Assembly: GCA_963765245.1 (NCBI GenBank)
Contig: CAVXVP010000011.1
Location: 33,621 to 97,620, forward strand
Reading direction: 5' to 3'
From: an uncultured Chloroflexia bacterium
GTDB lineage: Bacteria; Chloroflexota; Limnocylindria; Limnocylindrales; CSP1-4
Length of the DNA stretch: 64,000 bases
Shown: positions 18,828 through 28,734 of the stretch, piece after piece
Numbering within the stretch: the stretch's first letter is position 1
Layout of the letters: every line of letters begins with the position of its first letter
Notes under the pieces: generated by a model
The model's input: only the letters and a program-made list of their open reading frames with translations
Database searches by the model: none
Told to the model about the DNA's origin: nothing
Made by a program: the position numbers and the translations under genes

Positions 18828-20036
18828 GTGAAGCGAACTACGACTGCCGGCGCAGTGGGCGCCGTGGCCGTCGGCGCAGCGCTCATCGCGCTCGTCGCGA
18901 CGTCCATCGGAGGGCAGGCGGCGACGCCGAGTGGCTCGCCGATCGCGCAAGCCAGCCAGCCGGCCGCGACGGCGACCCAGGAGCCGACCGCCACGCCGGC
19001 CCCGACGGCGACGCCGTCCCCGACGCCGACGCCGAGCCCGACGCCGATCCCGACGCCGGTCACCGTCCCTGCGCCCCTGACCGGCGAGCCGGTGAGTGCC
19101 GCGGTCGCCGCGCGTCATCCGATCGCGGTCATGATCGACGACCTCAGCGCCGCCCGGCCGCAATCCGGGCTGTCGTCGGCCTCGGTCGTCTGGCAAGCCC
19201 CGGCCGAAGGCGGGATCCCGCGCTACATGGCGATCTTCCAGGACACGCTGCCCAAGAGCATCGGTCCGGTTCGCAGCTCGCGCTACTACTACATCACCTG
19301 GGCCGCGGAATGGCGGGCCATCTACGCTCACTCCGGAGGATCCCCGGGGGCGAAGGAGACGCTCCGCGCCAAGGGCAGCGGCCAGTACGTCTATAACGTC
19401 GACGAGTTCCGCTACAGCGGGACCTTCTTTCGGCTCAAGACCCGCTTCTCCCCGCACAACCTGTACACCACGAGCGCCAAGCTGCGCGCCATCGGCAAGC
19501 GAAACGGCGCCAAGGACAAGGCCTACAAGCCCGTCTGGAACTTCGCCCCCGACGCGCCGCTCGACGAGCGACCCTCCGGCGGCACGATCACCGTCAAGTA
19601 CCCCTACAACACGATCAGCTACAAGTACGACCGGACGACCAACACGTACCTGCGTTCGGTGACCGGGGAGAAGAAGGAGACAGACGCCGGCACGGGGACG
19701 CGGATCGCGCCGAAGAATGTCGTCGTGATGCGCATGCGCTTCGGTCCGCTCAACGACGGGCATCCCGGAGCGCCGCGCCTTGAGGCGACGGTGGTCGGCA
19801 GCGGACCAGCCTGGATCTCGACCAACGGCCGAACGATCAAGGGCACGTGGAAGAAGACGGCGATCACGAAGCCGACGCAGTTCTACGACGCGAAGGGCAA
19901 CGAAGTCACGTTGACCATCGGGCAGACCTTCGTCCAGGTCGTGACCACCAGCACGACCGGTTATCCGGTCTCGTTCAAGGCCGGCTCCGACACGCCGCCG
20001 GCCACGCCGGTCCCGAGCGCCTCAACGGCCAACTGA
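18828..20036 (+). CDS. DUF3048 domain-containing secreted/lipid-anchored protein with a Pro-Thr linker
   Basis: GTG 18828 gives MKRTTTAGAVGAVAVGAALIALV, a signal/anchor. PLTGEPV...RHPIAVMIDDLSAARPQSGLSSASVVWQAPAEGGIPRYMAIF matches the DUF3048 N-domain. The start could instead be ATG 18759. Confidence 0.75.
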   Translation: MKRTTTAGAVGAVAVGAALIALVATSIGGQAATPSGSPIAQASQPAATATQEPTATPAPTATPSPTPTPSPTPIPTPVTVPAPLTGEPVSAAVAARHPIAVMIDDLSAARPQSGLSSASVVWQAPAEGGIPRYMAIFQDTLPKSIGPVRSSRYYYITWAAEWRAIYAHSGGSPGAKETLRAKGSGQYVYNVDEFRYSGTFFRLKTRFSPHNLYTTSAKLRAIGKRNGAKDKAYKPVWNFAPDAPLDERPSGGTITVKYPYNTISYKYDRTTNTYLRSVTGEKKETDAGTGTRIAPKNVVVMRMRFGPLNDGHPGAPRLEATVVGSGPAWISTNGRTIKGTWKKTAITKPTQFYDAKGNEVTLTIGQTFVQVVTTSTTGYPVSFKAGSDTPPATPVPSASTAN

Positions 20037-20042
20037 GACTCG

Positions 20043-20073
20043 CGGGCGGGGGCAGTCGGCCTCAGCCCGCCCG
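20043..20073. terminator. GC hairpin between convergent genes (8-bp stem CGGGCGGG/CCCGCCCG, 15-nt loop)
   Basis: Arms are 20043-20050 and 20066-20073. Sits at the convergent 3' ends of the DUF3048 and GT4 genes. No U-tract. Confidence 0.3.
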
Positions 20074-21357
20074 GCGCCGTCCGACGGCTGCGTAGACCGC
20101 CCGGGTCTCGTCGGCGACATCGGCCCAGGTCCGCGTGTCGGTTTCGGCACGCTCCCGGGCGGCGCCGGCCACCCGATCGTGGACGCCATCGTCGGCCCAC
20201 ATCGTGGCCAGCGCAACGGCGAGGCGGGTCGGGTCGCGCGGCTCGACCAGCAGGCCAGCCGGACCGACCAGCTCGGGGAGTGGCCCGACCGATGACGCGA
20301 TCACCGGTGTCCCGCTGGCGAGAGCCTCGATGACGGGCAACCCGGCCGCCTCCGAGACGACGGGCAGGATCGCGGCGCGCGCCCCACGGACGAGTCCCGC
20401 GAGATCTGCGACAGGCAGGCTCGGCGCGTAGGCGATGGACTCGCCGATCCCCTTGCGGGTCGCGGCCCGCGCGATCGAGGCACGGTCGTCTGGGCTGGCG
20501 CCGACCAGCAGGACGCGTGGCGGCCAGCCGATCTCACGATCGAACCCGACGGGCGCTCCAGCCTCGGCCAGGGACGCCAACGCTCGGAGCAGCGTGTCGA
20601 GATCGAGGCGGGCGTCGAACCGCCCGGTGAAGACGAGGTAGCGCTGGGCGATCCCGAGGCGCTCGCGCAACGCGGCCTCCGCCGCGGTACCAGCTCCCGG
20701 CGGCCGCAACCCGAAGCCGGACCGAGGCGCCAGGCGTACGACGTGCAGTCGGTCGCGCCGGATGTGCAGCAGTCGACGGGCAGCGCGCGCGGTCGCGTCG
20801 CTGCCGACGATGATCGCCGCGGCGTCGCGCAAGAGCTGCCCCCGGAGGCGCTGCCCGAACCGGCCGGCGACCGACTTCTGGAACAGACCCGGGAGCTCCC
20901 AGGCGGCCAGGTCGAGGAGGGTGGCCACCACCGGCAGGCCCGAGGCGATCGGGAGAGGGCTGCCGCCCACCGCGTGGTAGACGGCGCCGGCGGCCCCTCC
21001 CCGCTCGGCTCGCCAGGCGGATCCGACGGCGGCACCGCGCAGGAGGAACGGATCGACGGTCATCGCCGCGGATCGCAGCAGGCGGGTCGGTGGCAGCTGC
21101 CGGCGCCCGATGACGTCGAGGTGCTCGTAATCGGTGGTCGGGTCATCGAGGTCGGAGCCGATCAGGAATGCGAACGATTCGCCGGCCAGCGGATCGGCGT
21201 CGAAGGCGCTGAGCAACCCGTCGAGGTAGGCCGCCGCGAGCGGTGCTCGCTCGGGTGCCTGGAGCGGCCGGGCGTCGAGGACGACGCGGACCCCCGGCAC
21301 GCGCTCGGACGCTGCTTCGCCCAGGCGGGGATCGGGCGCCGCGGCAGATCCGCTCAC
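20062..21357 (-). CDS. Glycosyltransferase family 4 (GT-B, Glycos_transf_1)
   Basis: 431-aa intact ORF. C-terminal SEAAGLPVIEALASGTPVIASSVGPLPELVG is the E-x7-E region typical of GT4. Confidence 0.85.
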   Translation of the reverse strand: MSGSAAAPDPRLGEAASERVPGVRVVLDARPLQAPERAPLAAAYLDGLLSAFDADPLAGESFAFLIGSDLDDPTTDYEHLDVIGRRQLPPTRLLRSAAMTVDPFLLRGAAVGSAWRAERGGAAGAVYHAVGGSPLPIASGLPVVATLLDLAAWELPGLFQKSVAGRFGQRLRGQLLRDAAAIIVGSDATARAARRLLHIRRDRLHVVRLAPRSGFGLRPPGAGTAAEAALRERLGIAQRYLVFTGRFDARLDLDTLLRALASLAEAGAPVGFDREIGWPPRVLLVGASPDDRASIARAATRKGIGESIAYAPSLPVADLAGLVRGARAAILPVVSEAAGLPVIEALASGTPVIASSVGPLPELVGPAGLLVEPRDPTRLAVALATMWADDGVHDRVAGAARERAETDTRTWADVADETRAVYAAVGRRRAG

Positions 21358-21364
21358 GCCCGCG

Positions 21365-22175
21365 TTACGACCCGCCGGCCCGCGGACGGCGCAGCCTCCG
21401 GGCGATCTCCTCGGCCCGCAACTGGACGACCACGACCAGCGCCTCGACGACGATCCGCCGGCTCATCTTCGATTGCCCGACGCGGCGATCGCGGAACGTG
21501 ATCGGGACCTCGCGGATGCGCGCTCCGGCGCGACTGGCACGGAACGTCATCTCGATCTGGAAGACGTACCCACCGGCATGGACGCCATCGAATGGCACGG
21601 CCGCCAGTGTCGACGACCGCCACGCCTTGAAGCCGCCGGTCAGGTCGTTGGGTCCCAGCCCCAGCACGATCCGGGCGAAGATGCTGCCGCCGCGCGAGAC
21701 CAGCCGCCGGCCGAGCCCCCAATCGACGACGCCGCCGCCCTTCGTGTAGCGCGAGCCGATGACCAGGTCGGCCGTCCCGTCGGCGATCGGTGCCGACGAT
21801 CCCGGGGAGTGCCGCCGGGTCGTGGCTGAAGTCGGCGTCCATCTGGACGACGGTCGTCGCCCCGCCGGCAAGCGCGACGCCGAAGCCATCGAGATAGGCG
21901 CGTCCGAGACCCTGCTTCTGCGCCCGGTGTCGGACACGAACGCGTCGGTCTGCGGCGGCGAGGGCGTCCGCCAGCCGGCCGGTACCGTCGGGCGACTCAT
22001 CGTCGACCACGAGGAGCGTCGCGTCCGGGAGTGCCGCCAGGATGGCGGCCGAGATCGGGCCGATGTTCTCGGCCTCGTTGTAGGTCGGCAGGACGATCCA
22101 CACGCCGGGCCGCGGCGTCTCGGACGTGGCGGGCGACGGTGGCGACGCGGTGGCGGTCGCGATGGCATCGGTCAT
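21365..22175 (-). pseudogene. Polyprenol-phosphate mannose synthase-like GT2 (Ppm1/DPM1 family); one frame break
   Basis: IVLPTYNEAENI, LLVVDDESPDGT, VVQMDADFSHDP, then in another frame DLVIGSRYTKGGG...GGFKAW...FQIEM. Break at about 21793. Confidence 0.8.
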
Positions 22176-22199
22176 GGAGGTGTCAGTCTAGAGGTCGGG

Positions 22200-24657
22200 C
22201 TACGGAGCCCGGACGGTGACGCTGCGGCTGGTCCGTGACGGCCCGATGCTGCTGACCGCGTCGACGACGACCTTGTAGCTCCCCGGTTTGACGAACGCGC
22301 CCGCGCCCGACCTGCCGTTCCAGGTCCAACCGTACGTGCCAGCCGCCAGGGCTCGGCCCGTCCAGATCCGGCGGACCAGGGTCGATCCCTGGTAGATGGC
22401 GACGGTGACGGTCGCCTTGCGGCGCAAGACGAGCGTGAAGCGGTCCTTCTGACCCGCTCGCGGGGTGAACGCTGAGCGCGCCCACGCCAGCGACCGGATC
22501 GTCCGATCGACACGGACCTGCAGGTCGCGCGTCGTCTGGTTCCCGGCGCGGTCCAGACCGACCAACCGCAGCGTGTAGCGGCCGTCCGCGACGGTGGCCC
22601 CAGCCGTGTTCTTGCCGTTCCAGACCCACGATCCGGCCGTCGCCCCGGCGATCGTCCAGCGACGGACGGTGGCGTTGTCCCGCCCGAAGCAGGCGGGCCG
22701 TGCCACTGATCCGCTCGTCCGCAGCCCACGACAGCGTCGTCTGGTCGGATTGTCGGTCGCCGTTGGGTGAGATGTAGCTCGACGAGGCGGTTAGGGTCAG
22801 TCCGGCCGCCCGCCGGTCGATCGTCACGTCCTTGCTGGCCGATGCACGGTTGTTCGATGCGTCGGCGGTCCAGAGCGTGATCCTGTAGGTGCCGTCCGGG
22901 GCCGCTGCGCCGGCAGCGGTCTTGCCGTCCCACGTGTAGGCGACGACCTTGCCGACGTGGTTCCCGGTCCTCAGCGCCGGCCCGAGCGTGCCGCCGGTCA
23001 GCCGCTGGACGACCCAGCCGAACCGGATGTGACCGGTGACGCTCAATCGGACGGTGACCGTGTCCATCCGCCCGTCGCCGTTGGGCGAGAAGAACGGGGA
23101 GCTGATCGAGGCCGCGCTGATGACGGGCGGCACCTTATCGGTGATGAACTTGGCCTTGAGGACGGCGTACAGCTCCGTCCGCGTGCCGTCGTAACCGAGA
23201 GCCCAGATCCCGGCGCCACGCAGGTTGTAGCGGTTGATCGCGTCGTACTTGAGACCGAGAGCCTTCGCGTCGTCGTAGTAGATCTCACGCCAGGGCTTGA
23301 CGCAGCCGTAGGTGGCCGTGCAGTTCTCACGACGGTAGACCGTCCATGCCACGCCCTGGACCGGGTCCCACTTCCGACCGTGGTCGGCCGCGTACTGACG
23401 GGCGGTGCCATAGACGACGGTCGTCGACGCTCCGTTCTTGACACTCGAGATGTTCTTGGAGGCGAAGGCCGAGGTGGCCGTCGACCAGGCCCGGCCGTAG
23501 TACGGCACGCCGAGGATGACCTTCGAGGCCGGCACGCGCGAGACGTAGGCCTTGATCGTGTCGCCGATGTCGTAGCCCGCTCCGCCGAGCGGCGCGACCG
23601 ATCCGACGGGGTTCGACGAGCCGTTCTTGTAGTCGTAGCCCATGATCACGACCGCATCCGCGGCGCCCGATGCGGTCGCGGCTTCGATCGGGTAGTTGCC
23701 GATCCAGCCGGTGGCGTCGAACGTCAGCTGGTAGCCGCGCGAGATCTTGTTGAGCTCCGCCCGGACCGAGCGGACCAGGGCGGTGAATTCGTCGGCGTAG
23801 GTCGAGACGATCGGCTCGAAGTCGAGGTTGACGCCGTCGGCGCCTCGATCCCGCACCGCTGCCGCGATCTGGCGGGCAAGCGTCAGGCGATGTGCCGAGC
23901 TGCCGAGCAGCGCCTTCTGGCGGGTCACGCCCGACGAGGACCAGGCAAAGCTCTGCACCGTCAGCACGACCCGCGCGCCATTCGCATGGGCGGCGTTGAT
24001 GACGCCCGTCGCCCGCGAGCTCGTCCAGCCGCTCCAGCCGACCGTCGTCGAGCCATCGCTGTTCGTCTTCTGGAGGGTCCCGTCGCCGGCCGCGCCGACC
24101 CCGAAGTAGGCGATGGTCGAGAGCTTCTCCCAGTCGAGCCGTGTCGAGCTGTCGGTCAGCTCCCAATACGGCAGGAAGCCGAAGACCTCGCGCTTGAGTC
24201 CGCCCGGATCGACCGCCGCCGCGAGGTCCGCATGCCACGCGTCCGAGCCGCCTGGATTGGGCAGATCGGCGGGCCCGACCGCCGCCGAGGGCTTCGGCGG
24301 TGCCACGTGCGAAGCTGGGCCACCCTCGCGGATCGCCTTGCCGGACAGCCGGCCGGCCGGCAGCGCCGTCGGTGCACCACCGCCGACCACCCACCGATCC
24401 GCCACCCGCGGCTTGAATGGGACGGTCACGCGAGCACCTGGGGCGAAGGCGATCTTGTCGGCGGCGTGGGCCATCGCCTGCTCGTACTGGACGGTCGGCT
24501 CCATCCGAGCGTCCGGTGCCTGCGTCCGGGGCTCACCAGCGCGAACGCTCGCGACCGGCGCGATCCCGACCACGAGCAGAACGGCGGCGGCCAGGGCGAT
24601 CAATCGTGGACGCGCGGCGCCGCTCGAACGGGTGTGGCGGCGGGCGGACATCGACAC
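22200..24657 (-). pseudogene. Secreted GH18 (chitinase/YaaH-like) glycoside hydrolase with C-terminal SPNGDG (FlgD-Ig-like) modules; one frame break
   Basis: Signal peptide MSMSARRHTRSS...LIALAAAVLLVV. GH18 core GADGVNLDFEP, VIMGYDY, GVPYYGR, GAGIWALGYDG. Modules FFSPNGDGRMDTVTV and YISPNGDRQSD. The tail continues in another frame from about 22686. Confidence 0.8.
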
Positions 24658-24724
24658 GAGGAGCCTCCGGGTTCGTGGGAACGCCCAGCCTCGCGCCGAA
24701 CGACCGGTGGGTCTAGGGCTCGAT

Positions 24725-24790
24725 GGTCCCGGTCCGGAGTAGTACGGGGCCCTCTGGTGCGGTCCGGTGTGGTCCGGGGCGGTCCCGCGG
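24725..24790. repeat. Phased GGTCC(G/C)G direct repeats (three consecutive 10-bp units plus upstream copies)
   Basis: GGTCC begins at 24725, 24731, 24761, 24771 and 24781. 24761-24790 reads ggtccggtgt ggtccggggc ggtcccgcgg. Lies 70-135 nt upstream of the GH18 start on the opposite strand. Confidence 0.6.
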
Positions 24791-24835
24791 GCGTCCGCGC
24801 GGCCGCGCCTTGTGGCGACGCCGTTCGCGCCTGAC

Positions 24836-27183
24836 CTAGTGGATCTTGTAGGTCACCGTCGTGTACTGGCTGCCGCCCTTGGTGTCGGTGCCCTTCACCT
24901 TCAGCGCGACGGTCCCGGACTTGCCACTCGACTTCATCCGGATGGTGGCCTTGTACGTGTAGGTCCCGGTCTTCGTCAACAGCACGCTCCAGCGTGCGAG
25001 ACCCGGCTGGTAGATCCACATCCGGGGTCGGGCCGACAGGGTCTCGGCCGAGGTGACGGTCACCTTGATCGACTGGCCGCGCCCCGGGGTCGAGTCGCTC
25101 AGCGCGAAGCGGAAGGCCTCGGAGTCGAACCAGACCGATTGCGTCGCGGACAACGTCCCGTCACTCGCGGTCACCACCGAGGTGTAGCGGCCGCGTGGGA
25201 GCATCGTGCCGTCGGCCCTCTTGCCGTAGAAGCTCCACGACTGGGAACCGGCCGGCAGAGCTGCGTCCGCCAGGTGCGTGTCGACGACCTGTCCGGCGGC
25301 GTTGCGGATCGTCCAGGTGACAGTCATCGGCCGCGCCAGCGTGAACGACAGCTTCGTCACCTTCGACAGCGAGTCGTTGTCCTGCGGGAAGAAGATGGTC
25401 CTGCTCGATGCGACCGAGCGCAGTGCGGCGACCAGCTTGACGCTGCGATCGACGGCCACGCCGACGTTGCCGGCGACGTCCTGCGGCACGACACGGATCG
25501 TGTAGAGCCCGTCTGGTGCCACGACGCCGGCCGCGTTTGTCCCGTTCCAGGTCAACGTCTCCGCAGCGTCGCCGTTCTCGACTGTCCACTTCTTGATGAG
25601 CACCGAGCTGGCGTCGTACACGCGGGCGATCAGGTTCCCGGGCTCTCCGTTCCTCGCGGCGACCGAGACCGTGTCGCGGAATCCGTCGCCGTTCGGGGCG
25701 AACCACTGGGTCGTGTCGGCGCGCGGGCGTGAGCGACTGCCAGCGTCGGGGCGTGGGTGTCGATGACGACCGAACGCGTGGCGCTGGCCGGGGCGTTCGC
25801 CCAGCCGTCGACGCCGCTGACGCTCACGGCGTAGGTGCCGTCGGGCACTGGTGCGCCGTCGACCAGCCCGTCCCAGACCGCCTGGAACGTGCTGCCGCTG
25901 CCGGTCTTCTCGAAGAGAACGTCGCCGCCGGAGTTGCGCACACGCAGCTTCCACGCGACGGTCTCGGTGAAACGGCCGCTGATGGTGGTCGTGTCGACCT
26001 GCCCGTCGCCGTTCGGCGAGAACGGTCCACCCGGCTCGAGCGCGCGGACGATCGGTGCGGCGCTGTCGCGCGGAGCCAGGTCGGTGGAGATCATGAACCC
26101 GCTGATCGACGGGTCATCGATGCCCTCGACCTGCACGAGAACCGGGCCGTCCGCAGCTACCTGGGTGGGCTGCTCGACGACGCGGACGCGCGTCCCGACG
26201 GGAAGCGTCGCCGACGGACCGGCCAGGGTGTCGAGACCGCTGTAGATGCCGGCGCCCTCGGTCGAGACCTCGGCGTTGCCGGGGATCGCCAGGCCGGTCG
26301 GATTCGCGCCGGTGTCGCCGTAGCCGGCCGAGATGACCTCATCGGTCGTGACGCCGATCGTGCCGATCGCCAGCGAGCGATAGAAGCCCGATGTCGGGGT
26401 GAGCGGGTCCTGGAAGACGGAGACGCCAGGCGTCCGCATCGATGCGAACTTGACGACGTTGCCATTCCGGTTCGGCATCGTGCGCCACATGTCCTCGATC
26501 GACTGATGGGTCGTGAACAGCGCGCGCAGGTAGCGCTCGGCGCCGGCGTGCCCGTCCGCGATGACGGCCGAGGCCCCGGCCTTCAGGAAGCCCGTCGCGT
26601 AGTTGTCGGCGCGCTTGCGCGCATCCGCGACCGACGGCTCGGCGTTCCCCGGCTCGGAGTTGCCTGACGCGTAGCACAGGTGATGGAGCAGCACGATCGC
26701 GCCGGGCGCGAGGGCCATGCTCGCCATGTACGGCTCGCCGTAGTACTTGTTGTTGTAGTCGCCCGCCCCGGCTGTCGCGTTCAGCCCGAAGCCATCCTTG
26801 GTCGTGTACTGCGCGTCGTAGGTATACGGGCTCGGCCAGCCGTTGCCGTGGCCCATGTAGATGACGATCGATGCGCCCACGACCGCGGCCTTGACCTTGG
26901 CCCAGGTCGCGTTCGGGCTATAGACCTTGATGACGTTGGAGGTGTACTTGCGTGCCTCGGCGTAGGCGACATCGGCATCCGCCCGGTAGCCCGCGGTCGC
27001 ACCATGGGTCGCCCCGACGATGATCACGACCTTCGGATCGCCGGCAGCCGCAGAGACGGACGGGACGATCATGCCGAGGGTCGCGACGAAGGCGAGGGCG
27101 AGTGCGAATGGCGGACTTGCGCAAGCTGGACTCCGAGTCGAGACGAGGAGGCGATGTACCTCGTCAGACTCGCCGTGCAGCAC
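24836..27183 (-). pseudogene. Large secreted protein: N-terminal domain with a caspase-like (clan CD-type) His/Cys pattern plus SPNGDG (FlgD-Ig-like) modules; one or two frame breaks
   Basis: Signal-like FALALAFVATLGMIVPSVSAAAG. SIVIYMGHGNG and AIVLLHHLCYASG are each a hydrophobic strand followed by His or Cys. PFSPNGDGQVDTT and, in another frame from about 25728, WFAPNGDGFRDTVSV. An alternative TTG start at 27124 would need a break at about 27103. Confidence 0.5.
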
Positions 27184-27270
27184 GGCCTGCTCAATCGCGG
27201 GATGGTCCCGAAACCGCTAGCCCCTTCGGGTCGCGCGTGATGGGACCCGGGCGGATTTGTGGGGTGCGGG

Positions 27271-27831
27271 TCAGTCCCGGTCGGCGCGCATTCGCGCCAG
27301 CAGGTCCGCGAGCGGCGGATTGGCGCCGTCACGCTCGGACAGGATCGGGCGTCCGTCCGGGGTCCCCGCGAGGGATGGCCAGTCGACCGCGACGGCCGGG
27401 TCGTCCCAGGCGAAGCCGAGCTCGTCGGAGCCGTCGTACTCGTTGGTCACCAGGTAGATGAGCTGCAGCGGATCGAGCGCGAGGAACCCGTGGGCGATCC
27501 CGGTCGGGATGACGACCCATTCGTCGGCCCGCAGCTCGCGTGTCTCGATGCGCGGGGCGCTGCTCGTGCCGTCGAGCATCGGGCGGAGGTCGACGAGTGC
27601 GACGAAGGCGCGTCCCTCGGCCACGATCCACAGGTCGTCCTGACGCTGATGGAGGTGCAGGCCGCGGAGAACGCCCGCAGCCGAGGTCGAGAGGTTCGCC
27701 TGGACGTAGGGTTCGTCCGGGAAGTCGCCGGCACGCCACAGCTCACGGAACGAGCCGCGCTGATCGGCATGCCGGACGATCGCGCCATAGCGGACGCCGG
27801 GCAGCGACGACGGCGGACGGCTCTCGTTCAC
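27271..27831 (-). CDS. rmlC: dTDP-4-dehydrorhamnose 3,5-epimerase
   Basis: RGSFRELW, GVLRGLHLH and IPTGIAHGFLAL motifs. The GTG start overlaps the rmlD stop (GTGA). Confidence 0.9.
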   Translation of the reverse strand: MNESRPPSSLPGVRYGAIVRHADQRGSFRELWRAGDFPDEPYVQANLSTSAAGVLRGLHLHQRQDDLWIVAEGRAFVALVDLRPMLDGTSSAPRIETRELRADEWVVIPTGIAHGFLALDPLQLIYLVTNEYDGSDELGFAWDDPAVAVDWPSLAGTPDGRPILSERDGANPPLADLLARMRADRD

Positions 27832-28734
27832 GCGCGGGCCCGTGCCTCACGCAGGAGCCGCGGCGCGTAGTCGGCCATCGCGTCGGGCCAGACGCGGAGT
27901 GGCTCGCCGGACGGGAGCGGCGTTGCCGCCAGGACTCCCCACCGCGGTGGCCGCGACGGGCGTTCCCACGTCGACATCGGGACGTTCACGACCTCCACCT
28001 CGATCCCGGCACGGGCGACGACGTAGCGGGCCCAGTCCGCCCGCGTGGCGGTCAGCCCGTTGACCAGGTGGTGGATCCCGGCCGACGGCGTCCTCGGCCA
28101 GCAGCTCGACGATGGCGTCGGCGACATCGGCGGTATACGTCGGGGTGCCCCACTCGTCGCCCACGGCGCGAAGTGGCTCACCCGCTGCCCGGGCTCGCTC
28201 GGCGGCGTCGAGGATGCGGCTCGGGAAATCGCGGCCCGGAGACCCGAACAGCCACGCCGTCCGGGCGATCCCCAACGCAGCGCCGGGCCGCTCCTCGAAT
28301 GCCTGGGTGGCGAGCCGCTCGCCCGCGAGCTTCGATGCACCGTACGGGTTTCCGGGCTCGGTGGGATCGGACGGCTCCCACGGGCGGCCGTCCCGCCACT
28401 CCCCGCTGAAGACCTCGTTGGTCGAGACGATCAGCAGGTCCGTTCCGCGCTCGGCACAGGCCGCGGCAAGGAGACCGGTCGCCGTGCCGTTGCGCCGGAC
28501 GGCCAGCTCGGGGTCGAGGGCACAGCCGTCGACGTCGGTCCAGGCCGCAGCGTGGACGACGACCTCGGGCCGGTCGCGGTCGAGGCGCGCGCCGATCCCG
28601 TCGGGTGCGTCGAGGTCGAACGCATCGCGCTGCCAGGCGATCGGGCCGGCCGGGCCGGTGAAGGGAGCGTCGGCGAGGGCGGTGACGAGCGCGCTCCCGA
28701 GGCGGCCGCCCGCTCCGGTGACGGCGACACGCAT
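27828..28734 (-). pseudogene. rmlD: dTDP-4-dehydrorhamnose reductase; one frame break
   Basis: MRVAVTGAGGRLG, VVHAAAWTDVDGCA, STNEVFSG, NPYGASKLAGE. The C-terminal GIHHLVNGLTATRADWARYV is in another frame. Break at about 28080. Confidence 0.85.

Noticed and set aside
18990-19075. Short tandem ACGCCG/CCGACG-type DNA repeats that might look like a repeat array
   Set aside because: They lie in frame within the DUF3048 gene and encode a Pro-Thr-Ser linker. There is no spacer structure, so this is not CRISPR-like.
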